The notes beneath the pieces are model-generated. The model saw only the letters and a list, made by a program, of their open reading frames with translations. It had not been told where the DNA came from and did not search any database. From Chloroflexota bacterium (lineage in GTDB: Bacteria > Chloroflexota > Dehalococcoidia > UBA2979), in NCBI GenBank assembly GCA_027593235.1, contig JAQCIU010000005.1, positions 32,001 to 96,000 on the forward strand: a stretch of DNA of 64,000 nucleotides. The letters run 5' to 3'. The first letter of the stretch is position 1. Every line of letters starts with the position of its first letter. Both the position numbers and the translations under genes were made by a program. This document shows, piece by piece, positions 50,769 through 59,346 of this stretch.

Positions 50769-51770
50769 ATGGTGATTCGACTTCTTCCGTGGCAGCCCGA
50801 TTACGGCTCCGCGCTCCCGTTCGACAGCGAATCGGAGCCGGATCCGCTCGACCCCGTTGACCTCTCGGTCGAGCGGCGCATCTGGGCGCCCGTTACCCCG
50901 AATCCCGCGCCGCCCGTCGCCGTCCAGATCGTCGATGGCGTCCGGCGCGCCGAGGCGCATGCCATGGATGACGGACCCGACGGCGCGCCGATGTTCGGGC
51001 TGTTCGGCACCTTCGCCGTCGGTGCCGTCCGCTGCGACGGTGTCGCACGCATCGTCCAGGAATCGATCCGCGTTCAGCGGCGATACCTCCACACCGCGAA
51101 CGAGACGATCGCGGACCGCGTGATCGCCTCCGGTGCAGCGACCGTCGCGTTCGAGGCGCGACGCGTCCCGAACGCGAGTACGGCGCAGGCGCTCGTCGGC
51201 GCACTCAACCGCTCGATGCTCGATGAGGAGGCATTGCTCGCCGCGGAACTCTCCCGCGACGAGTCGGTGCTCACACTCCTCGACGGTCCGCTGCGCTCCC
51301 TGCGGTCACCCGGACGCCGCGTCGTCGGTTATGTGAAGCGCATCCAGCAGTGGTACGTCGGTGCTAGCGAGCGCGAGTTGCTGCTCACGCTGGCACCGGG
51401 CGAGCGGACGCCGATCTTCCTGATCCCGCCGTCATCCGGCCTCGAGTCCGCGCACACCGAGGGCCGCTACTCCTGGTTCCTGCGGCTGCGACACCTCAAC
51501 CCGCTCTACCATCCGCTCGGCGGTGTCATGCGCCTCGAGACCTCCGGTGCGCTGCCAATCGCCGAGGCGGTCGCACTCGCGGATGACACGACGCGGCTGC
51601 TCCCGCGCCTCTCGTCGGCGCCGGGCACGGATCCGCGCGCGCCCCATAACCTCGTGCCGGTCGGCGCCCTCGAGACCGTACTTACCCACCGCATGGGCGA
51701 TCGGCACTGGGTGCAGCGACTGCTCACCGCCAACGTCGGTCGCGCGGCGCGAGAGGCGGCGTACCCGTGA
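50769..51770 (+). CDS. nurA: NurA-family 5'-3' nuclease
   Basis: RLLPWQPDY N-terminus, VDGVRR, LDGPL, GYVK, ERTPIF, SWFLRL, DPRAPHNLVPVGALE; directly upstream of herA. Confidence 0.8.
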   Translation: MVIRLLPWQPDYGSALPFDSESEPDPLDPVDLSVERRIWAPVTPNPAPPVAVQIVDGVRRAEAHAMDDGPDGAPMFGLFGTFAVGAVRCDGVARIVQESIRVQRRYLHTANETIADRVIASGAATVAFEARRVPNASTAQALVGALNRSMLDEEALLAAELSRDESVLTLLDGPLRSLRSPGRRVVGYVKRIQQWYVGASERELLLTLAPGERTPIFLIPPSSGLESAHTEGRYSWFLRLRHLNPLYHPLGGVMRLETSGALPIAEAVALADDTTRLLPRLSSAPGTDPRAPHNLVPVGALETVLTHRMGDRHWVQRLLTANVGRAAREAAYP

Positions 51771-53602
51771 CCATCCTCGACCGCCCCACCAACGGCTCAA
51801 CGCCCCACGATCTGCTGGCAACCGCCGGCTCCTCCGACAGCGAGGCCCCGACGGACCTCGCATTTCGCGGCTACGTGCTCGGGACCGAGCAGGAGTCGTC
51901 GTCTCCGCTCGGCTTCTCCGTCTTCGTCGCTCCCGATCGTTACCTCCAGCTCGACGACGTGGTCAGCGTCCGTACCGCCCTTCCGGACGGGCGCGCGATC
52001 GATATCTATGGCGTCGTCGACGAGGTCTCCGCGCGTCACGAAGGCGTCCAACTCACCTCGGACGTCGCGCTCGTCCGCGAGGGCATCCTCCCCGCCGAGC
52101 CGGTCGTCTCCGCGCACGTCGCGGTCACCCGGGTCGATCCGGAGATCTACGTGCCGCCGATGCCCGGCGCCGTGGTCCGGCTCGCCGACGGCGAAGCGCG
52201 CAACCGTGCGCTCTTCTTCGACTCGATGGAACGCCGCTTCCCGTTCGGCCTCGCGCGTGGCGACCTCGCCGAGGTGGAGGCTGTGCACGGCAACCTCGAC
52301 TTCCTCGATGGCCGCAAGGGCGCGCACGTCAACATCTCCGGCATCTCCGGCGTCGCGACGAAGACCTCGTACGCCACCTACCTGCTGTACGCCCTCTTCG
52401 AGGGGGAGCGGCTCGGGGACCTCACCACGAACGCTCGCGCCTTAATCTTCAACGTAAAGGGCGAGGACCTGCTCTTCCTCGATCGCCCGAACAAGCGCCT
52501 CGACGAGGATCCCGATCTGCGGCGTACCTACGACGCCCTCGATCTCCCAGCCAGGCCGTTCGGCTCGGTCGGGTTCTTCGCCCCGGTGCGGCACGGCGAT
52601 CAGCCACTGCCCGATACCGGCTCACGCTCCGACGGCGTCACCGGCTTCTTCTGGACGCTCCGCGAGTTCTGCGAACGTGGCTACCTGCGATTCCTGTTCG
52701 TCGACGCCGACACCGAGCAAACCCAGATCGCCGGCCTCGTCGACACCGTCACGGCCCACCTCCGCGCCGAAGCCCGCAAGAGCGCCTCCGATCGGATCAG
52801 CATCGACGGCGTCGAGGCGACGACCTTCGACGAACTGGTCGACGCGATCGAGGCGCACCTCGACACCGACCCCGACTCGCTCGTCCCCTCCTGGGCCGGG
52901 CGCGGCTACGGCCAGGCCTCGGTTGGCACCATCCGCGCCTTCATGCGCCGGCTCCAAACCGCCTCGCGCCACCTCGGTCACCTCGTCCGCAGCAGCGCGT
53001 TCGGGGATCCGAGGGCGCATCGCATCGAGCGTTCGCACCAGATCACCGTCGTCGATCTGCACCGCCTCCACGACCGCGCGCAGCGCTTCGTGGTCGGCGT
53101 GCTGCTCGCCGAACTGCTCGAGGAGCGCGAAGCCCTCGGAGCCGCCGAGCACGCGCCGCCGGTGTTCGTCGTCGTCGATGAGCTGAACAAGTACGCGCCC
53201 CGCGACGGTCACAGCCCGATCAAGGAGACGCTGCTCGACATCGCGGAACGCGGGCGCTCGCTCGGCGTGATCCTGATCGGCGCGCAGCAGACCGCCTCCG
53301 AGGTCGAGCAGCGGATCGTCGCAAACTCCTCGTTCCGCGTCGTCGGCCGCCTCGATACCGCCGAGGCTCAGCGCAGCGAGTACCGCTTCCTGGGGCCGAC
53401 CTGGCGGCAGCGCGCGACGCTGCTGACGCCGGGCTCGATGATCGTCCAGCAGCCGGAGATCCCGGTCCCGCTCCTGATCCGCTTCCCGCACCCCTCGTGG
53501 GCGACGCGCAAATCGGAAGTCGCGTCCGGCGCGATCGCCGCTGCCCCCGGTGGCGAGCGCGACATCATGGCCCGCTTCGACGACGTCCCGGCGCTGGACT
53601 AG
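51767..53602 (+). CDS. herA: HerA-family hexameric ATPase/DNA translocase
   Basis: N-terminal HAS-barrel-like region, variant Walker A HVNISGISGVATKTS, FNVKGED, Walker B VVVDELNKY, ERGRSLG, GAQQ. Confidence 0.88.
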   Translation: MTILDRPTNGSTPHDLLATAGSSDSEAPTDLAFRGYVLGTEQESSSPLGFSVFVAPDRYLQLDDVVSVRTALPDGRAIDIYGVVDEVSARHEGVQLTSDVALVREGILPAEPVVSAHVAVTRVDPEIYVPPMPGAVVRLADGEARNRALFFDSMERRFPFGLARGDLAEVEAVHGNLDFLDGRKGAHVNISGISGVATKTSYATYLLYALFEGERLGDLTTNARALIFNVKGEDLLFLDRPNKRLDEDPDLRRTYDALDLPARPFGSVGFFAPVRHGDQPLPDTGSRSDGVTGFFWTLREFCERGYLRFLFVDADTEQTQIAGLVDTVTAHLRAEARKSASDRISIDGVEATTFDELVDAIEAHLDTDPDSLVPSWAGRGYGQASVGTIRAFMRRLQTASRHLGHLVRSSAFGDPRAHRIERSHQITVVDLHRLHDRAQRFVVGVLLAELLEEREALGAAEHAPPVFVVVDELNKYAPRDGHSPIKETLLDIAERGRSLGVILIGAQQTASEVEQRIVANSSFRVVGRLDTAEAQRSEYRFLGPTWRQRATLLTPGSMIVQQPEIPVPLLIRFPHPSWATRKSEVASGAIAAAPGGERDIMARFDDVPALD

Positions 53603-53614
53603 GCGGCCGCCGGG

Positions 53615-54781
53615 ATGCGCTTCCTGCACACCGCCGACTGGCACCTCGGTCGCCAGATCCGAGGCAAGAGCCGCGCCAGCGAGTTCGCCGCCGTCCTCGA
53701 TCAGATCGTCGAGATCGCCACCTCCGAGGAGGTCGACGCCGTCCTCGTCGCCGGCGACATCTGGGACACCGCCTCGCCCTCGCCCGAAGCCGATCGCCTG
53801 CTCTACGACGCGCTCCGCTCGCTCATCCAGCGGGACATCGAGGTGCTGCTGGTGTCCGGCAACCACGACAACCCGCGCCGCCTCGAGGCGATCGGCCGCC
53901 TCGCGGAGATGCTCAAGGTGCAGACGCGTGGCTACATCCGCCCGCCCGGTCAGGGTGGCATCGTCACGATCGAGCGCGGCGGCGAACGCGCCGAGATCGC
54001 CGCGATCCCTTGGGTTCCGGAAGGTCGCGCACTAGACGCGCTCGAGATCCTTGAAGACTTCGAAGCGACGAGCCACAAGTACGAGGACGCGGTCGAGGAG
54101 ATCTACCGCCAGCTCGCGGCCGGCTTTACGCCCGGCGCGATCCACCTCATGGTCGGCCACCTCTTCGTCGATGGCGCCTTGCTGGCGAACGTCGATGGCT
54201 CGGAACGCCGCCTGCACATCGAGCAGTCGTACGGCGTGAAGGCGTCGCGACTGCCCTCGACGCCGCAGTACATCGCGCTCGGGCACATCCACCAGCCGCA
54301 GGTGATCGTGGACGCGCCGAACGGCGCGGCGGCGTATGGCGGCTCGATCCTCCAGCTCGACTTCGGCGAGATCGGCCAGCAGAAGGTCGTCCGCATCATC
54401 GACGCCGCGCCGGGCCGCCCCGTCGCTCAGCACACCGTCCCGCTGACGGCCGGCCTGCCGCTGCTCCAGCTGCGTGGGTCACTCGCCGAGGTGCTCAAGG
54501 CCGGTGAGACCGTTGGCGCGGCGCACCTCCGCGTCGTCCTCGACGTCGACCGCCCGGAGCCGGGCCTCGCGCAGCGCGTTCGCGACGCGCTGCCCGGCGC
54601 GGTCGACGTCCGCCTCGACTACGACCGCAGCGACGAGGAAGGCGGGGACGTCGACTTCGCCGATCTCGCGCCCGAAGAGCTGTTCGTCCGCTACTACCAG
54701 CGCCAGCACGGCACCGCACCCGCCGAGGACCTGCTCGGCCTCTTCCGCGAACTGGTGAGCGAAGCGGTCGGCGCGTCGTGA
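53615..54781 (+). CDS. sbcD: SbcD/Mre11 nuclease
   Basis: HTADWHLG, AGDIWD, GNHD, GH, ALGHIH. Confidence 0.93.
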   Translation: MRFLHTADWHLGRQIRGKSRASEFAAVLDQIVEIATSEEVDAVLVAGDIWDTASPSPEADRLLYDALRSLIQRDIEVLLVSGNHDNPRRLEAIGRLAEMLKVQTRGYIRPPGQGGIVTIERGGERAEIAAIPWVPEGRALDALEILEDFEATSHKYEDAVEEIYRQLAAGFTPGAIHLMVGHLFVDGALLANVDGSERRLHIEQSYGVKASRLPSTPQYIALGHIHQPQVIVDAPNGAAAYGGSILQLDFGEIGQQKVVRIIDAAPGRPVAQHTVPLTAGLPLLQLRGSLAEVLKAGETVGAAHLRVVLDVDRPEPGLAQRVRDALPGAVDVRLDYDRSDEEGGDVDFADLAPEELFVRYYQRQHGTAPAEDLLGLFRELVSEAVGAS

Positions 54782-57700
54782 AGCCAATTCGCCTCGAACT
54801 GCGCGGCTTCACCGCCTTCCGTGAACGCACCGTCGTGGAGTTCGAGGGCCGTCATCTCTTCGCGATCACCGGACCGACCGGCGCCGGGAAGTCGTCACTC
54901 CTCGATGCCATGACCTGGGCGCTCTACGGGCAGGTGCCGCGCGTCGGCTCGTCGACGCGCCAGCTCGTCTCCCACGGCGCCACCTCGATGCAGGTGCGCT
55001 TCGACTTCTCCACGCGCGACGGCGTCTACCGCGTCGTCCGTAAGGCACCCGCCGTGACCGGCACGCGGTTGGAACAGCGCCAGGCCGACGGCAGTTGGCG
55101 CCACCTCGCCGATCGCTCACGCGACGTCACGGCCGAGGTGGTGCGCCTGCTCGGGATGGATTTCAAGACCTTCACGCGCACCGTGCTGCTGCCGCAGGGG
55201 GAGTTCGATGCCTTCCTGAAGGGCGACCAGAGCGAGCGCCGCGCGATTCTCTCCAGCCTGCTCGGCCTCGGCGTCTACGACGACGCGCGCAAGATCGCCA
55301 GTGACCGCGCCAAGCGCGCTCGCGAGCGGAGCGCGACCGTCGAGGCCCAACTCGCGCAGCTCAACCTCGCCTCCCCCGAGCGCATCGCAGCCCTCGAGGT
55401 GGATCACGCCGCCGCGCAGCAACAGCTCTGCCTCCTCAACGAACGCCGTGACACGCTGCGCGGCCTCGGTGACCTCGCCCGCACCGCGCGCGATGCCGGC
55501 CGGGCACACGCCGATGCGACAGCAGCCTCCGAGGCCGCGGCGACAGTGCAGGCCGCCGCGACGACCGCGCTCACGAGCGCCACCGCCGCCGTCGAACGGG
55601 CTGAACACCGCTGCGACGCGCTCAGCCGCGAGCGCACGAACCTCGCGTACGACCCGGCGCGGCACCAGGCGCTGCGCGGACAGGTCGAGCGCCTCAAGCT
55701 GCGCGAAGCGGCGGATCGCGAATTGACCGAGGCGAAACAGAAGCTCGAGGCCGCTCGTACCGCGCACAGCGCCGCGATCGCGACGGCGGCCTCGGCGGCT
55801 GGCCTGCTCGCGGAAGCGGAGACCGCGGCGAGCACCACCACGGAAGCACTCCAACGCGCCTCGGAGCAGCTTGCCGCAGCTGCGGGTGGCGCCGCACTCG
55901 CGCTCAGCGACCTCGAAGCGCGTGCCGCCACCGCCGCCGCCGACCTCGAAGCGGCGAAGGCGGACCGCGAAGCGCTTGCCACCCAGCTCCCGCGGATCGA
56001 AGCCGTCGCGAAGCAGCTCGCGGAGCGCGCAAGCAGCCACGCGCTCGCCGCCGCCGAGGCCAAACGGGCGTTCGAGGAACGCGATCGCACGGGCAAGGCC
56101 GCGGCATCCGTTGAGCAGCAGCTTGCCGGCGCGGGCACCCGGCTCGAGTCAGCACAGGCGACACTCGCAGAAGCCCGACACGCGGACCTCGCCGCCACCC
56201 TGCGATCCGGCCTCAAGCCCGGCGACCGCTGCCCGGTCTGCGGCGATCGCATCACCCAGATCCCGATGGCATTCGGGGCAGCCGATCTCGCCGCCGCGGA
56301 GGCCGCGGTCCACGAGGCCGAACGGCTGCTTGAGGAAGCGCGTCGTGCCTCGAGCGACGCACGCACGGCCGCCGCCACCGCGACCGCCCGCGCCGAGAGC
56401 GCCACGACCACCCTCGCCAGTGCCGACGCGCTGCTCGCCGCCATCGACGAGGAGCTCGCCCAGCTCGACAGCTCACGCGACGAGCTGCCGGCCACCCTCG
56501 ATCAGCGACGCGGCGCCCTCGACGCGGCGCAGCAGCGCGAGACGATCGCCGGGCAGAGCGCGGCGGCGCTCACCTCGCAGCACGGCGCGCTGAAGCTCGC
56601 GCTCGCGGCGATCCCGGAGGAGATCGCGCCGGTCGCGACCACCGAGGCATGCCCCAATCCCGCGGCGGTCAACGCCGCCCTCGCCGCATGGCGCCCCGTC
56701 CGTACCGGCGCGACCGATGCGGCCCAGAAGCTGCAACAGGCACGCGCCGAGCACGCCCGCTTCGAACAGCAGATCGCCGCCGCCGGTGCTCACGCCGAGG
56801 CCGCCGAGGAGGCCGCCCGCCAGGCGGAGCAGCGACTCGCCGCGCACGGCGATGCTCCCGCGGGCACCGAGGCATCCGCGCTCCGCGAGGCGCTCACCGT
56901 CGCCGACCAGGCCGCGAAGCGCGCCGAGGAACTGGACGCGCAGATATCCGTCGCGAAGGCCGCCATCGCCGCCGCGATCGCGACCCGCGCCGCCGCCGAG
57001 ACCGACCGCACACGCGCCCTCGAAGCCGCGACCGCAACCACGCAGCTGCTGACATCCACGCAGGCCGTCGCGACCGCGGAGCGCGCGATCCTCGATGCCG
57101 CGTGGCGGGAGGAGATCGGCGCGGAACCGGAGCCCGGCTTCGAATCGCTGCGCCAGCTCATGCTCGTCCACGAGGCCGATCAACAGGCCGCCGCGATCAA
57201 AGCCGGCGTCCTCGGCGAACAAATCGCCCAGTCGAAACGCGAGGTGATCGAGGCCGAGCGGATGCGCAACGAGATCGCCGGCGACAAGGCGACCGCTGAT
57301 CTGCACGGCGCCCTCGCCCGCGAACTGCAGGGCGACCGCTTCGTCGGCTACGTCCAGCGTGAAGCGATGCAACTGCTCTCGGCCGACGCTTCGTTCCGCC
57401 TGATCGGTTTCACGAACGGCCGGTACGAACTCGCAGCCGAGGACAATGAGTTCGTCGTTGTCGATCGCCTCAACGGCGACGAGCGCCGCTCGGTGAAGAC
57501 GCTCTCCGGTGGCGAGACCTTCCTCGCCAGCCTCGCGCTCGCCCTCTCGCTCTCCGAGCATCTGCCGCAACTCGCGGGCCTCGGTGGCGCGGTCTCGCTC
57601 CAGTCGCTCTTCCTCGACGAGGGCTTCGGCGCCCTCGATCGCGACTCGCTCGACCTCGCGGTGCAGGGCCTCGAAACCATCGCCAGCAGCCAGCGGATGA

Positions 57701-57795
57701 TCGGCGTGATCTCGCACGTGGAAGAGATGGCGGAGCGGCTGCCCGAGCGCATCGAGGTCGTCAAGCAGGGCAACTCCAGCATCGTCCGCGGCTAA
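54778..57795 (+). CDS. sbcC: SbcC/Rad50 SMC-like ATPase
   Basis: GPTGAGKS, LPQGEF, central zinc hook CPVC, LSGGE, LFLDEGFG, ISH; Ala-rich coiled coils. Confidence 0.93.
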   Translation: MKPIRLELRGFTAFRERTVVEFEGRHLFAITGPTGAGKSSLLDAMTWALYGQVPRVGSSTRQLVSHGATSMQVRFDFSTRDGVYRVVRKAPAVTGTRLEQRQADGSWRHLADRSRDVTAEVVRLLGMDFKTFTRTVLLPQGEFDAFLKGDQSERRAILSSLLGLGVYDDARKIASDRAKRARERSATVEAQLAQLNLASPERIAALEVDHAAAQQQLCLLNERRDTLRGLGDLARTARDAGRAHADATAASEAAATVQAAATTALTSATAAVERAEHRCDALSRERTNLAYDPARHQALRGQVERLKLREAADRELTEAKQKLEAARTAHSAAIATAASAAGLLAEAETAASTTTEALQRASEQLAAAAGGAALALSDLEARAATAAADLEAAKADREALATQLPRIEAVAKQLAERASSHALAAAEAKRAFEERDRTGKAAASVEQQLAGAGTRLESAQATLAEARHADLAATLRSGLKPGDRCPVCGDRITQIPMAFGAADLAAAEAAVHEAERLLEEARRASSDARTAAATATARAESATTTLASADALLAAIDEELAQLDSSRDELPATLDQRRGALDAAQQRETIAGQSAAALTSQHGALKLALAAIPEEIAPVATTEACPNPAAVNAALAAWRPVRTGATDAAQKLQQARAEHARFEQQIAAAGAHAEAAEEAARQAEQRLAAHGDAPAGTEASALREALTVADQAAKRAEELDAQISVAKAAIAAAIATRAAAETDRTRALEAATATTQLLTSTQAVATAERAILDAAWREEIGAEPEPGFESLRQLMLVHEADQQAAAIKAGVLGEQIAQSKREVIEAERMRNEIAGDKATADLHGALARELQGDRFVGYVQREAMQLLSADASFRLIGFTNGRYELAAEDNEFVVVDRLNGDERRSVKTLSGGETFLASLALALSLSEHLPQLAGLGGAVSLQSLFLDEGFGALDRDSLDLAVQGLETIASSQRMIGVISHVEEMAERLPERIEVVKQGNSSIVRG

Positions 57796-57877
57796 TCGGG
57801 CCCGATCGCCCTCGCCCTCCCGCGCGCCCGAAACCCTGTCGCTAAACTGGTGGCTTCCAGCACGACCGGGAGGGCAG

Positions 57878-58456
57878 ATGAACCAGACACACCTCGAACT
57901 CTGCGCCAGCGCCGAATGGGCGGAGACCGTGCAGAAGTACATCCTGCCGTGGGTGCTGGACGGCGTGGACCTGGGTGACGACGTCCTCGAGATCGGGCCC
58001 GGCCCGGGGCGCACCACCGACGTGATCGCCGGCGTCGTGCCGCGCCTGACCGCCGTCGAGATCGATCACGATCTCGCCACCGCGCTCGCCGCCCGCGTCC
58101 CCGCTCACGTCGAGGTGATCGAGGCCGACGCGACCGACATGCCGCTCCTCGACGGCCGCTTCAGTGCAGCGATCTCGCTCACGATGCTGCACCACGTCCC
58201 GACACCGGAGCTGCAAGACCGGATCTTTGGCGAGGTCGCACGCGTGCTGCGGCCGGGTGGCATCTTCACCGGACAGGACAGCCGCGACAGCGAGGAGTTC
58301 CGCGGACTCCACATCGACGACACGTGCGTTCCGATCGACCCGGACACGCTCGCTGGTCGCCTCGAACGTGCCGGTTTCACCGACGTGCTGATCGCCCCGA
58401 ATCCGTACGCCACGCGCTTCCGCGCGGTTCGCGCGGGAACGCCGGACGCGACCTAG
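57878..58456 (+). CDS. Class I SAM-dependent methyltransferase
   Basis: VLEIGPGPG, ADAT, MLHH, RVLRPGG; own -10 TAAACT and RBS GGAGG. Confidence 0.88.
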   Translation: MNQTHLELCASAEWAETVQKYILPWVLDGVDLGDDVLEIGPGPGRTTDVIAGVVPRLTAVEIDHDLATALAARVPAHVEVIEADATDMPLLDGRFSAAISLTMLHHVPTPELQDRIFGEVARVLRPGGIFTGQDSRDSEEFRGLHIDDTCVPIDPDTLAGRLERAGFTDVLIAPNPYATRFRAVRAGTPDAT

Positions 58457-58500
58457 ACGTTCAAGCTCCATCCAACTGAATCCGCAATGATCGGCGCGCC

Positions 58501-59298
58501 ATGACCGCTTCGGCTCGAATCGCTCGGCTCTACCGCTGCCCCGTCAAAGGCCTGACACCCACCCTGGCCGACTCGCTCGCGGTTGCCGCGGACGGAGCCG
58601 TCGAGGGCGACCGCGTGCTCGGCTTCCTGTTCGCCGATGCCGGCGAGCCCGATGAGGCCGGCTGGCGCGGCAAGACTTCGTTTCTTTCGATGCAGAACAC
58701 GCCAGCGCTCGCGCTCGTCAGCTCGCACTACGACGCCGTGACGCACCGGCTCTCACTCAAGTACGACGGGTCCGAGGTCATTTCGGGCGACGTCACGGTC
58801 GACGCAGACCGCGCGCGAATCATCGATGCAGTGACGGCGCTGGCGCTCGGATTCGAGGCGAACCCGCTCGCGGGTCACGAGTCACGGCTACCGCTGCAAC
58901 TGGCCGGTGACGGAGTGACGCCCCGTTTCCACGATCGGAAGTCGCACCACGTCACGCTCGTCGCCTCCGCGAGCATGGAGGCGCTCGCAGAGCGCATCGG
59001 CAACGAGGTCGACGAACGACGGTTCCGGATGAACGCCACGATCGACGGCCTGGAACCGTGGGCCGAACTCACCTGGATCGGGCAAGCGATCCGGATCGGC
59101 GACACGACCTACGACGTCACCGGCCCCGTGGTTCGCTGCCTCGCCACGCACGCCAACCCGGTCACCGGGGTGCGCGATCAAGACGTGATGCAAACGCTCA
59201 CCCGCGAGTTCGGTCACGAACGCCCAACGATGGGCGTCCTCGCCGTCCCGCGAGGTGCCGCCACGCTCCACGTCGGCGACGAGGTCAGCGTCGGATAG
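58501..59298 (+). CDS. MOSC domain protein
   Basis: LYRCPVKG, GDR, RRFRMN, VRC (Moco-ligating Cys), GDEV. Confidence 0.88.
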   Translation: MTASARIARLYRCPVKGLTPTLADSLAVAADGAVEGDRVLGFLFADAGEPDEAGWRGKTSFLSMQNTPALALVSSHYDAVTHRLSLKYDGSEVISGDVTVDADRARIIDAVTALALGFEANPLAGHESRLPLQLAGDGVTPRFHDRKSHHVTLVASASMEALAERIGNEVDERRFRMNATIDGLEPWAELTWIGQAIRIGDTTYDVTGPVVRCLATHANPVTGVRDQDVMQTLTREFGHERPTMGVLAVPRGAATLHVGDEVSVG

Positions 59299-59331
59299 GG
59301 CGGAGGCGACCCGACGTCGCTGCGTCCGCCC
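59298..59331. terminator. Hairpin between convergent genes (possible bidirectional terminator)
   Basis: GGGCGGA-GGCGAC / GTCGCT-gcg-TCCGCCC stem. Confidence 0.45.
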
Positions 59332-59346
59332 TTGCCGGGAGGCCCC

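Noticed and set aside
55480-57100. Repetitive GCC/GCG-rich tract suggesting a tandem repeat or array
   Set aside because: Ala-rich coiled-coil coding sequence of SbcC; no fixed repeat unit or spacers
57878-58456. Methyltransferase after sbcC as a DNA methylase of a defence system
   Set aside because: Small-molecule class I MTase without DPPY/NPPY or PC motifs; has its own -10 and RBS
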